From NCBI GenBank assembly GCA_047495785.1, contig JBLDXI010000002.1, positions 1,798,001-1,862,000 of the forward strand: a stretch of 64,000 bases of DNA, read 5' to 3'. Below the pieces are notes generated by a model. That model was not told the DNA's origin. It worked only from the letters and a program-made list of their open reading frames with translations, and did not search any database. A program made the translations under genes and the position numbers. Shown here piece by piece: positions 34,501 to 46,275 of this stretch. This stretch comes from Lepidodermella squamata. Taxonomy: Eukaryota > Animalia > Gastrotricha. Within the stretch, counting starts at the first letter, position 1; every line of letters starts with the position of its first letter.

Positions 34501-36846
34501 TTAATGACGGTGATTGTGTCTATATCCACCGTTCCTGATACAACCGATTCCCCTATCCCATAGCTAGCGTTGATAACCACTCTTGAGGTCGACCCAGTAT
34601 CTGGATGGCGGGTGAATAGGACTCCAGCTACGTCAGCATGGGCAAGCTTCTGAACTAGGACAGCCATGGGCGAGTCTATTTTAGCACACATCTGACGCCG
34701 GTATTCAATAGCTCTGAACGCATAGTGAGATGCCCAGCATTTCTTTATCGATTCGATGATCTGTTCCTTGCCTGAAATTCCGAGAAAAGTCTCCATCTGG
34801 CCTGCCCCAGATGATTCAGCGCTGTCCTCGCCTACAGCTGACGACCTCACAGCGAGAAGCACTTTGTCATTATCGCCAAACATTTCATCAAAATGAGATG
34901 ATATTGCGTTGTAAACATCATCAACCAAGGGTTCGTCGCAAAAGCGTTTTGCCAACTCTTCACATGCCTCTTGCAAAGCCTTCTGAAGCTGCACGGTCAA
35001 CTTAGAGTCTTCAAACGAATTCGTCGTCAGAGCAGCTGCTGCTTTCCGAACTCTATCAACGCCAAGTCTTAGCTCTGGGCTTTTAGCTACTTGCCGGTTA
35101 TAAGCTTCGACTGATACCACAAAACCATTCGGAATTTCAAAATCATCATCTTCTCGTAAGGAGCTTATCAGGGCCGCTAACGGAGCCGCTTTCCCACCAG
35201 TAAACGAGCTGTAAATCATTAATAGGGGATAAAATAGAACTCAGAACTCTTCAACGACTCCTCACCTGTTAAAGCACGTTTCTTCGTCTAGCCTAACGCA
35301 GAGCGATAGGTCCTTGTCAACATGTTGAACATGCTTTCTCTCCGCGTCATCATCGAGCCAAGGCACAGCTGATGCTTTCGTACGGCTATCGGCGCTACGC
35401 CAGAACTCAATTTGGCCGTAGCCCACACAAGAATCATTCAACTGGAATTTCGCAACGTGACGTTGGAGAACTCCGATTTTATCCGGGGAAATAGCGCTCG
35501 AATGTAAAACATCAACTTGCAAATTGTAGATTTTTCCACCTAATATAAAATTAAGGTCACATTTAGTAGATCTGGAGTAAATACTCGCCAACTTATACCT
35601 GCGGAAAAACTGACGCTGTAACCTCGCGGCAGAGTTCCTTCGTCTGGGAAGTTGGCCAGATGCATATCTGACCAGCTTACGGCGTAGGTAAAAGCATTCG
35701 GATGGTGCAAGAAGCCTTCAATCGAATGCGACAACGTTCGTCCATGATTTGCAGTAAGAGAAAGGACAAGGCCGTTTTCAAAGCGAACTCTGTGGCTGAT
35801 TGACGTCTGGATTCTATCGAGTTGAGACGGGAAGCCAATCAACCGTTGCCTCGTTCCATGTAGATCAAGCTCAAGGGTTTCGGTCGTTTCTTCAAGAGCC
35901 GCATTGAAATCGGTGATTTCTACCCGGCCACGGATTTCAGAGAATTGGTCGAAGCGGTTGAAGTATCCAAGCTCTTCAGCCAACTTTTTCAGAAAGCCGT
36001 AAGACCACGGCTCAGCTGATATCGCTTCACTCAAAGCATCTTTGTTAAATAGCAGAAAATCATTCTCTGATCCAAATAAATGCAAAAGACAAACATGGAT
36101 GGAAATCGATGGTGTAATTCGCCGGGTCTGATAGTGACCGACACCAGAATCTGAGACTGACTTCCTTAACTTCCGCATCGCTAAGCGATTGCATTGGACC
36201 TGAGTAGATGACTCTGTAAGTGTACATTGGCAAAATGGTGTATATTCGAAGCCCATCAGCTGCGATCAAGTTGCTTGAATCGAAATCGTCTGAAGGTCCT
36301 GGGGTCTTGACATGTAAGCTAGTAATACGTCGATTGTGAAGATTACTTGTAACTTACTTCGTCGCACACATGCGCATCATGCGTAAAAACACGTCCATCA
36401 GTAAGCCTCAAGATCATATATAGATCAGCTTTCGATTTACTTTTTCTGGACAATCGTATAGACAGAGAATTTCCGAGTTTGTCGTTGCCGTAGAGAGCAA
36501 TCTGATTAGATTGGAAGTGAAGATATAAAATAATTTTTTACCGAATTTTCCGAATTAATACCGAATTTTCGCCTTCGGTTCGAAGGCTATCTGAGGACGT
36601 TTCTTGCTCCGGATCCTTTCTTCGGCGATAGCGTCTCAGCAAGCTGTAGACTGTCATAACTACGACCGCGATAACCCTTTTTGTCTGGTAAATTGGGCCA
36701 ACCCTCTGAGAGTACTTTCCCTTGAGTTTTGGATAGGCAGTTTTGTAGTCTTTGTAGATGTAATAAGCTGCGAAGACGATTGGAACAATCCAGGCTTTCG
36801 ATACGCCTAGATAGCTCAAAATAAGGAAAATTAGCCACAAAACCAT
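31572..36846 (-). CDS. PEP-synthase / rifampin-phosphotransferase-like dikinase, copy B (tandem duplicate)
   Basis: Exon-by-exon match to copy A, near-identical ATP-grasp exon (34125-35219), EVGGLVSHG swivel motif; ATG 36846, TAG 31572. Not every junction was checked for integrity. Confidence 0.85.
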
Positions 36847-37147
36847 TTCGACAAAGAAAAGAGAAGTCGCAGAATGACCCAAAATTTTATCAATTCACGT
36901 AAGACATAAGGCGCTTTATCAACCTGTTATTTCAACCTGTTCAAATTGCCCTCAGATAGCGGAACAAGATAGATAAAAGTAAACAAAGCCATTTTTATAG
37001 TTTATTATTATAATGCTATGAAAGACCAATGAAGCAGTGGAATAGGGCACGTCGTGGCTTCACAAGCCTCTCTTCTTCGGGGAAATCATTCTCATACAAA
37101 AAGCACCGGCATGCTCGATCATCGGGAGATTCGGCGATTAATTCGTC

Positions 37148-38131
37148 TCATAAAAACCATGCTGCAGAAACCATGATTGACAAAGTTATATGGTAATTTC
37201 GAGGCTTGAAAGAATTTGCTTTCGAGTCGACGGTCTGGCAAGAATTCTGAATACGAGCATCCCTGTACGGTGCTAGGGTTATAGGGAAGTCGCATATTGC
37301 TTGTTGTTTTTTCGTTGCCAGATACGATAGTGCCAATGGTTGAAAAAATTTAACCCTGCGAAGTTAGAGGCGCTTACACAGTTTCTATGATTAAAAATTC
37401 ATCATTTTTTACGCAGTCAGTTGAGCAGAGCTTGTACAGGATTGAAAAATTTTGATGAGGGCTGCCTGTGAGGAAATAATGTTCGGAAATGCGTCAACTT
37501 CAGGTTCTTTTGCTACTTACAAGTTTGGCGAATCCTTCAGAGCAAGTTTTCGGCCTTATATTGACGCATTTTCGCGCCTGCGCTGCAGCGTCCGATCTCC
37601 ATGCTTCCCGCAAACAATCTGATGCTCGCCTCAAATCTCGAATAAGGGCGGCGTTGCATATGGTGGACATTAGACCCAGAACTGCATTGATAGAGTCCAT
37701 GTCTGCCCCGATTTTGTTCAAAATCGGGAATTTGGCTAGGTCGTCGTTGTTCAAACACTTCCAGCTGTTGTCGAGGCCGTAGATCCCCTTCAAACACTGC
37801 ATAACATCGCGGAACGATGCGCAGCGGTCGTCGTAACTTTCGTCGATCCACTGCTTTGTTTCTTCGATACTGGCTTTATCAAAAATTACTGATGGAGTTG
37901 TGTTGCCAAATCTAACAAATAAAACGTAGGTAATACTGAATGTAAGCCAGTCATGCCGTACCTGTACAATCCACCCCAGTCAACTAGGGTAAAGCTGGGT
38001 AAACACGCCAGGGCGTCTGTAGCTTGTGCTTGGCATACGTCAGCAGCGGTGAGTTTTTCAACTAATACCATAAGCAGTACCATGAATATGTTGATAATTT
38101 GTTTTTGAATGTGAGCGATCGATTTTCGCAT
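37148..38131 (-). CDS. Secreted or GPI-type Cys-rich helical-module protein (one module, 4 exons)
   Basis: Signal peptide, C..ALACL...VDWGGLY|...RCASFRDVMQC...WKCLNNDDL...ICN...DCL...KC...TC; hydrophobic tail ITLSIMVSAAWFL*; GT-AG introns keep the frame. Confidence 0.7.
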
Positions 38132-38796
38132 ATCGTTTTATCACTGGGCAGCTTTCTCTCCCGAAGGTGTGTCGAGAAAGATGCCCTAGAAGGCAAATAT
38201 AGAAATCTACGCAATGTTTGTCGCCCTGTATGGAGAAACGTTCAAAGCTCTTGGATTAACATGCGTCACGCAATTGTCAAGTCGTGTCGGCTTAACATAT
38301 ACACATGGCGTAAGAAAAAATCTCAAGCACCCGCACTCAAACAATACTGCACATCCACGGCAACCTCAGGGTATACAGGCTTGTATGGAAATAATAACGA
38401 AAATAGTGAAAACAATGACGGCATTGTTTTAGCCAAACTGAACTCGGTTGAAAACCTGAAAACAAACAGTTCACGCGAATAGGTTCAATTCGAATAGTGC
38501 ATGAATCAGGAAACGAAGATTCTATTGTTAATTTTGTATTTTTTTCTATAACAGGCTCTTTTGAAACTTGATTTTGGTTCGAGATGCTCGTTTTTGCCAG
38601 TTAGAACTGGCCTCTGCTCAGACCCGTAGACGTGTATTCTTTGTTACTTGTGAGAAGAGACAATATATGTAGGCTCATGCACGTTTTTTTGGCATCCATG
38701 AGTGCACACCCCCTGGTAATCATTATTACATCTTCAGTGCAATTTATTTGCTGCAAGCCTAGCTGAAGTAAAAGAATCCTCGGCGTTAGATGACGC

Positions 38797-41048
38797 CTAT
38801 TTGTCGAGACCTGTTAATGCGTCCAGAGAGCCATCGAGTAGCAAACGTGAAAAGTAGCTAACATCGCATGACTCAGCCATTCTGCCATTCACAGCGAGCG
38901 GTTGTAGCACCTTGGCGATATTCAAAGAGTTCTCAGTTGGCTGTTTGCGCAGCATTGCGTTGACAATGTCTTCCACATTTTCAAGGGCTGAATCTTCGTT
39001 AGGATCTGCCAGTGATGCGATAGTTTCTAGATCTAGGGATTGCGACTTGCTGCGCCCACTACAGTCGAGTGCTGATAACGAACTGGCGCCCCTTTCATAG
39101 CCGTAATGCATTGTTGGAGACATCCATAACACGCTTCGGAGCATGAGAAACCTTTTGAGAGAAAAAGAGCAAATATTTTAAGGAGGACTCTACAAATGCG
39201 TTTCATCAAGCAAATTTCTCACGCAGTTTTAGCAGCTGGAACTCCACAACGGGCACCAATCCAAAATGTCACAGCTCCCTTCAAAAATTGAACAAGCTTA
39301 TGAATTCATAAATTGTAATCCAGTGTTACCAAGTAAGATTGAAGGCCTTGACACGTGAAGTTGTAACAACCAGTTTGCAGGGCCGAATCTATGGCCTTGA
39401 GTTGCTGCCTCAGTTTTATCGCAACTAAATCCCCAGCTTTCTCCATAACCGGAGCGAAACAGGTGTGATGCCTGTTGAAGGCGGCATCGAGGCCGGTCGT
39501 GCACAAATCAGCCAGGGCGTCCATGCGATAGCGAAACATGACCGGGTCATCCCACGCCGAGTCGAAAAACTTCTTCCCAGCCAGCAGGAAATACTGCCGT
39601 TTCACCAACTCGTCATCGTCAACTAGATGCCACCAACGGCGATTCGCTTCAGTTTTAACCGTGCATTCTTGGACCTGGCGGAAGTTGGCACAGTTCTCCG
39701 ATACTTCCTCCAACCATTCGTTAAGCTTCAACTTTGACCAGGTCAGTAGCAGAAACGCAGGTTTCGCCGTGTTTTGGAGCCATAAGAAACGAGCCCAGTC
39801 AACTTGTTGGTACAAATGCATGCATTGGTAATTCCGAACTACGCAGGAATCTTTGTTTGGGGTGACTAACAGAGCGGCTACCGGTGGGTATTTCGACGGC
39901 TCACGAAGGAAGGGAGTGTTGTCCTCTAATGTTAAGACTTGGTAACCAGGTGGTCCCAATGGCACAGCCGTGGGATTCAGGTCTCTTATCCGATTTATCA
40001 GGCTATCGAGGTAATAAGCTTGCGAAGACCGGTTCGAGGTGCAAAACAGGTCTGACTCGCCAAGCTCAGATAAAAGTTGCATTCGGGCAATGTTAGAAAG
40101 AAGTCGAACCCTGAAAGTAAAAATTTAGCCTGCAGAAACTGTTTTTAACTTAGAAACTCACGCTGCTTTTCCAGCTGTAGGTCCACAGGATGTACCCAGC
40201 CAATAGCCAAAAGAATTCTATCAAAAATGATGAAATTTCAATCTGAATTTGAAGGGCTTCAAGTTACCAGGAAGAAAAGATGAGAATAGCAATCAGCCAC
40301 GAAGCACCCAGTCTCAAGAGCCGCATAAAAGTGGTCGATTTTCATGCGATAGTCGACCGAAACAGTGCCTGTATCGTTGACGATTGTCTTCCGCATACAT
40401 TCAGCATTCAGCCGAAATTCTGACATGTTCATCGAGCAAATGTCGGTTAGCAGTTCCAGGTAAAGCCGAGCATCGCCGATAACTGGCACCAGAGGAGCTC
40501 CGATTTGTAACGGGTTCATAACACCAGCTCCGTCGTCAGGCAACGTTTGGCTCATCAATTTATTACGACGAATGTTGGTGAACCATGATTGGTCAATATA
40601 TCTAGATGTAAAGTATAGGATAACATTAAGGCGATTTCGGCGGGTTAATCCAGACCTGAATAAGATGTCGTCATTGTAACAACGCCACCACCTCGCTTGA
40701 CTGCCCGAAGAGATCATGCATTTTGCTACGGCGTTGAAAGGCTGGCAAGTTTTAGTGAGTTGGACCCGCCAGGCTGTTTGAAGGTCCCATCGCCAGGTGA
40801 GCACTGCCGACATCGGCAGCCATGTGTCATCGAAAATTCTAGAAAATTCAAATGAATCCGGTTTATTTCAGCGTTTTTCTCCAATTTTTGACAAACGCGT
40901 ATAGATCTTCCCATGTGACGTTTTTGTAACCTATTAAGCACAGCAGCGATTCGTTCGGCGGTGGGCATTTTGTTGATTGTGCGGTGACTAGCTCAGTTAA
41001 TACTAATATCAGCGACAAAATAGTAGTTGCAATAGCACTGAATTTCAT
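38797..41048 (-). CDS. Secreted protein with two tandem copies of the same Cys-rich module (6 exons)
   Basis: Signal MKFSAIATTILSLILVLTELVTA; module 1 LLCL...VTWEDLY|...TCQPFNAVAKC...WWRCYNDDIL; module 2 YQCM...VDWARFL...NCANFRQVQEC...WWHLVDDDEL; each module is followed by a small phase-0/phase-2 exon (W.G..CG..A.K.A). Confidence 0.7.
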
Positions 41049-41431
41049 CTTTTTGGATCCACCTGAAATTTGCCGGTCTGAAAAACGGCAGTTGAATAAA
41101 CCTTGCGGTTACACATGGCGAAACATGCTGTTGCTTTTCTTTGTTTGCCATCCTCAAGAAAAACAATTATGCATATTTTCACGCTGGTTTTTTTTATTGT
41201 TGTTGATGTCTTGCGCGGCTGAAAACAAAACAGAGCAACAAGAACGGTGGTTGATATGAAATAAGAACAAGAGGACGTGCCTCAATCGCATTTTATTCAC
41301 CAAAAGGAATCCCGCACGTACAAATTACATCTCAGAGGTCGAGATTATCTCGTTTTTTTTCAAAATTGAAATGATGAATCCAAACAAGCAAACATCAGCA
41401 AACATACTTATGCGCATATTATATGAAATCG

Positions 41432-41699
41432 TGTTTCTGCTGTTATGTCGCAAAAGTTGAAAAGCTGCTGTTTTGTCGCGTTTCCTGCTTTGGGTAAAAT
41501 GGATAGGTCTGACACTATTTGATTTGTCAGAACGTCATAACAAAACCCAAAACAGCAATTGCGACAAAACAGCAACTTTTTCAACTTTTGCGACATAACA
41601 GCAGTAACACTACATTGTAAGTTTTCGCTATTTTTTTGCAAGATAAAAATTACCTGTTTTGTCACATTCGCTGTTCTGCGAAGTTGCTGTTTTGTCGCA
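41432..41699. mobile_element. Palindromic MITE-like repeat, family copy 2 (partial plus full copy)
   Basis: Same GACAAAACAGCAA / CATAACAGCAG units as 14417-14597 and 54797-54952. Confidence 0.7.
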
Positions 41700-42486
41700 T
41701 TACCCAAATGATTAAACTCAATTTCTTCATAAAAAAAATCGAAGTTTTATATCCAAAACATTGAATAAAAATGAAAAAAATTGAAAAAAATGAATCATGC
41801 GTTCAATGAGATAAATTAACTGCGCTATTGCCAAAATATGGGAAATGCTCATAAAAAAACAAAAAATGATTAATATTAGGAATATAATTTATTACAAAAA
41901 CGAAAGAAATCAGCCTAAAAATACCGGCGAATTTTTAAATTGTGAAATATAATTCGAAAACGTTGGAGGTTCTCTGCGCCCATGCTCTATCGAGTAAACA
42001 CCGCCGTTCAACAACCTATCATTGTGATCTAGAGGCGAGACACCCTGGTAATCCCCACGGTGATATCTCGCCACAACAGCATAGCATCTTGTGCGATGCG
42101 ATGCGCTAAACCTCGCATTAGGACCGCGTGCGCGCGCATCACGCGACAAAGTATACAGATAGATGGCATATCGAGATAAGGTGCAAATCGAACGCGAGCA
42201 TCGAACGCGCCTTCAATTTGCTAAATTAAAAGGTCGAAAGCGCGAGCGAGCAGGGGCGCCGCGCAGGGATTTGTCGCGTTTAATACCTTCAGTGCCAGCG
42301 CGCGCGCGCTCGCTCGCCCGCTTCGGGTTGCGCCGCGCCGCCGACCGGATTATCATCGATCGAACATACAACACACGCGCGCATCTTAGCATGCTGACAC
42401 CGGATATAACATCAGCAGTGGCGAGAAGACGAAATCTATCGTCGTAAACGCACCCTGCGATTTACTTCTTGTTATAACTTTCCGCC

Positions 42487-44155
42487 ATGTCGTCCGAGTT
42501 GGAACAGCAACAACAACCGCCTGCTGTTGAAGCGCCGCAACAGCCGACGAGCGTCATCGTCGACGCGGCTACCATGGTGATGATGTACGAGCACCAGCAG
42601 AATGTCGACGTTGTCGAGTCGCATCAAACGTGGCATGGCCTCACGCCGTTGGACGATGTTGACGCCGCGTCGAAAATGATGGGCGGCAGCGGCTCGGCGT
42701 TTGAACACCTTGGCGCCGACCGTTCGTCAACAGCTATTGACAGCGCGTCCTTACCGACTTGCTGCTACTGCGGTAAGGCGATAGCTGATGAGTATATTTT
42801 ACGTGTTTGCGGCCTGCCTTGGCATGCCAACTGTCTGCGATGCGCTGATTGCGGCGAACAACTTCACGAGCGGTGTTTCGTCCTATCACCCGTGCCTGAT
42901 TCGAACGAAATGCCGCCGAATATTTTACCGCCGCTACTCTGCAGGAGAGATTACATGAAGTAAGCTTGTTAATTAAAATCAAAATTTTCTAAAAATTCGA
43001 TTTTTTTCAAGGAGGTCATCTTCATGCTGCCCGAGATGCAATCAAGTATTAGGAGAGGGTGATATGGTTAGGAAAGCGCAAGATTTCACGTTTCATGTAA
43101 TTTGCGAATATTTCTTCGCCAATTTTTGTTAACGATTTCTGGTTTTTCTCAGGCTCATTGCTTCGCTTGTGTCGCCTGTCAAAGAGAACTAATGACAGGT
43201 CAACTGTTCTACGTACTCAATGACTCAACTCTGCTGTGCAAATTTCACTTTGAAACTGCTAAGGAAAGGCGTAAGTTGGAAATTGCAGGCCTTAACTTTA
43301 CGAGAACCGAATTCGGATAAAAATACTTTTTCAAAATTTCTGAGAAATTTTTAAAAAATCCGAAAAAATTACTATAAAATTATGCTCGATTTTCTGTGAA
43401 ATCGTGATTGAAATTATTAAGTTTCGTAATTTTGTACCGCTAAAAAAATCCAGGAAAATTCAGAAAAATATGGACAGTTAATTTTCCACCTTAAATGTCT
43501 TAAAATTTATTAAACAATTATTTATTATTTTATTTTCCAGAAAATCGAATATTAGCTGAAGGAGCTGCGTTAGCGGCGAATTCTCCAAGCGAAGCAGCGG
43601 CATTTTTCAGTCAGTTGAACAGCCAATGTAGCGGCGGAGGTTGGGGCGAGGCCGCTCTGCAACTCCTCCGCGGCCCTATCGGTCTCGGCCTTTGTGGCGG
43701 TGGGTTAGGCGGCAGTGGTTCAGTCAATGGACCTGATGGCCCGAAACGGCCTCGAACCACCATAAATTCGCTACAACTCGAACTGTTACGACGGGCCTAT
43801 GAAACTAGTTCGAAACCGCCGAGACATGTTCGTGAGCAGTTATCACAAGAAACAGGGCTTGACATGCGAGTGGTTCAAGTCTGGTTTCAAAACAAGTAAA
43901 ATTTCAAAGAAATTCTGAATATATTTAAATTAAGGCGGATTATTTTTTAGACGCGCTAAAGAGAAGAGAATGCGAAAAGATCCGTCGTCATCAGCTGGTG
44001 GCCATTCGGCTTCGCTGTTCGGTCACGGCAACGGCGATGGTTCGTCGAATTCGTCGGCGAATTTCGGCCGGCGTCGCCGCGGCCACGACGACTCGGACTC
44101 GGACGACTCGATGACATTTGACGACGACGCGCCTGATGACTACGTTGATGATTGA
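42487..44155 (+). CDS. Lhx3: LIM-homeodomain transcription factor of the Lhx3/4 (Lim3) class, 5 exons
   Basis: Two LIM domains ([22 protein letters not shown]; [22 protein letters not shown]) and homeodomain PKRPRTTI...[40 protein letters not shown]. Confidence 0.93.
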
Positions 44156-44271
44156 AAATTCATATTTATTGTCATTATAATGATCGCAAAAAAATGTATA
44201 ATTTTATTGTTGTGCCTCTATATAACACGAGAGTTATAAAATATATTGTGCAATTAAAATGAACAGGTTTT

Positions 44272-46051
44272 TCAGCCGAAAAACCATGTTAAATTGAGAA
44301 AAATGTCTTCTCGAGGCCCGGTCGGGAATATAGTAGCATAAGGCGTAGTCGTCTCAGTTGTGGTGGTAGGTGGGGTCGTTGTAGTTGTAGTAGTAGTAGT
44401 AGACGTACTACTAGTCTCTGTTGACTGCGAGGTTTCGGTAATGAAAGCCTGAGTTGTTCGCCGAGTTGGTCGCGTCGTAGTTAGGGTGCGTAATTGCTCA
44501 GGGTACATGCGTCGATTTTCATCGGCGCCGACGCCATATGTCCATTTTTGATCGGTCAACTGAACGTAGCCACGACCATCCAACACAGCCAACATCCAAT
44601 AGTAAATCGTATCGCCGGGCGCAATTGGAATATCACTCGTGAAACGAAATGTTGGCGGGGACATGTACCCATCTGAAACAATTAGTAAAATCGGTAACTA
44701 AGGGTGTTGTCACAAATTTGATACCCAAGGTCCTCGCTTCCAGCATAACATTGAACTCGCCAGCTCGAATACCGTATAATGGCTTGTTTATATTGAAGTG
44801 GAGGGTCAAAATACTGAGGTCAGGGTCATCTGAATTAAAAAAATTAATTATTTTCAAAATTTATAATTTTTTTATTTAATTTAATAAAAATTAATAAAAA
44901 ATAAAAATATTTAAATTAATTAATAATTTATTTTTACCTTTCAAGTATTCGAACCGTAAAATATTTTGCCGAGGTTCGACATGGAAGTCGGGCGTGCTAA
45001 AGACGTAGCGACTCGCGCAGCATCCACATTGCGACGCCATCACATTGAGCGGCGCCATGGTGTACCCGGTAACCGCGTACTGGCCAACAGCAACATCATG
45101 CAGTAATTTCGCAACTTCCGGCTGCAAACTTCTCGTCTCCTGAGCTATTTGCAACGGCGTTCGACCCGTGCAGTCCGTCGCGTAGTAGTGAGCCCCGTAA
45201 TCTATCAACGACTGAACGATATCAACCCCGGAAAATAGGGTGACTGCAACGTAAAGCGGGGCATTACACCCGTTCATGTCTAAATTAGGATTCGCGCCCC
45301 GGTGAAGTAGTAGCCTAACTAAATTCACGTCCTTGTATCTAATCGCGTAATACAGCGGAGTTCGACCGATCTTATCCGCCGCATTTATATCAGCGCCTTT
45401 GTTCATCAAAGCCACGATAATTCGGTGGGAAATATTTGAGATACTAGCCGCGTAGTAGAGATCCCGTTTCGGGTCGACATAGGCCTGTCTGCCGAGTACG
45501 ATTAGGACCATTTCAACATTACCAAGACCTATGGCGTAGTGAAGAGGCGAGTTGCCGTTCGAATCTGTCTTATTGATATCGCCGCCGAAATCCAACAGCA
45601 ATCGAAGCGCGTCGACTGAATTCGACATAACCGCCGAAATTATTGGAGTTAACCCGCTTGTAGTCGAGGCGATATTGACCCCAGCGCCGTATCGAATCAG
45701 CAAATGGATCAAGTCGGCATTGGCGTTTTCAGCCGCGTGGTGTAGCGGTACCTTCCCGCCGTCTCTTGTATCGATCGCGTTCGGGTCAGATCCGTGGTCT
45801 AACATATACTGGACTATGTTAGCCTTTTCGAGCTGAACCGCCAAGTTGATAGCTACATCTTCTAACGTTGAGCCGTTTATCAGGGGCATGAAAGACCGAA
45901 CTACGTCGAGATTGCCGTTTCTTATCGCGTCGAATAGCGAGTTGCCGAATTTTTGCGGCGGATCATCGGCTGATATTAAATTCAACACATCGGATAGAAG
46001 TAGGGCTGAAAAAGCTGCGAAAATGCATGATTCAATCTTGAAAATATTCAT
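44272..46051 (-). CDS. Secreted ankyrin-repeat + CBM39 (beta-1,3-glucan recognition) + Thr-rich stalk protein (exons 46051-44938, 44829-44725, 44672-44272)
   Basis: Signal peptide, about 8-9 ankyrin repeats (G.TPL..A...L...GAD.N); splicing gives YVFSTPDFHV...DDPDLSILTLHFNINKPLYGIRAGEF...IAPGDTIYYWMLAVLDGRGY...DQKWT, matching the GNBP/betaGRP N-terminal pattern; then poly-Thr. Confidence 0.8.
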
Positions 46052-46275
46052 TTCTCTGGCTATCGTCTACAGCGACCGCAAAAGAGCCAACTTGAAATAT
46101 ATTGCGTGCACCCGTTTCCAAACAGGAAGGACATTTGTTGCATGACATTTTTTTTAAGCTGGGTGAAAAAATAATAACAAAAATGTTGTTTTAATTAGGT
46201 GCGCCTTTTCAAGAAAAATGTCCCTTTCAGTGAGGCTTTATTTTTTGGATATAATAAGCTTCTATTTTCTTTTTA

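Noticed and set aside
25107-36846. Bacterial contamination or very recent HGT of PEP synthase
   Set aside because: Both copies have many host-type short introns and sit among animal genes; the domain order is not that of PpsA.
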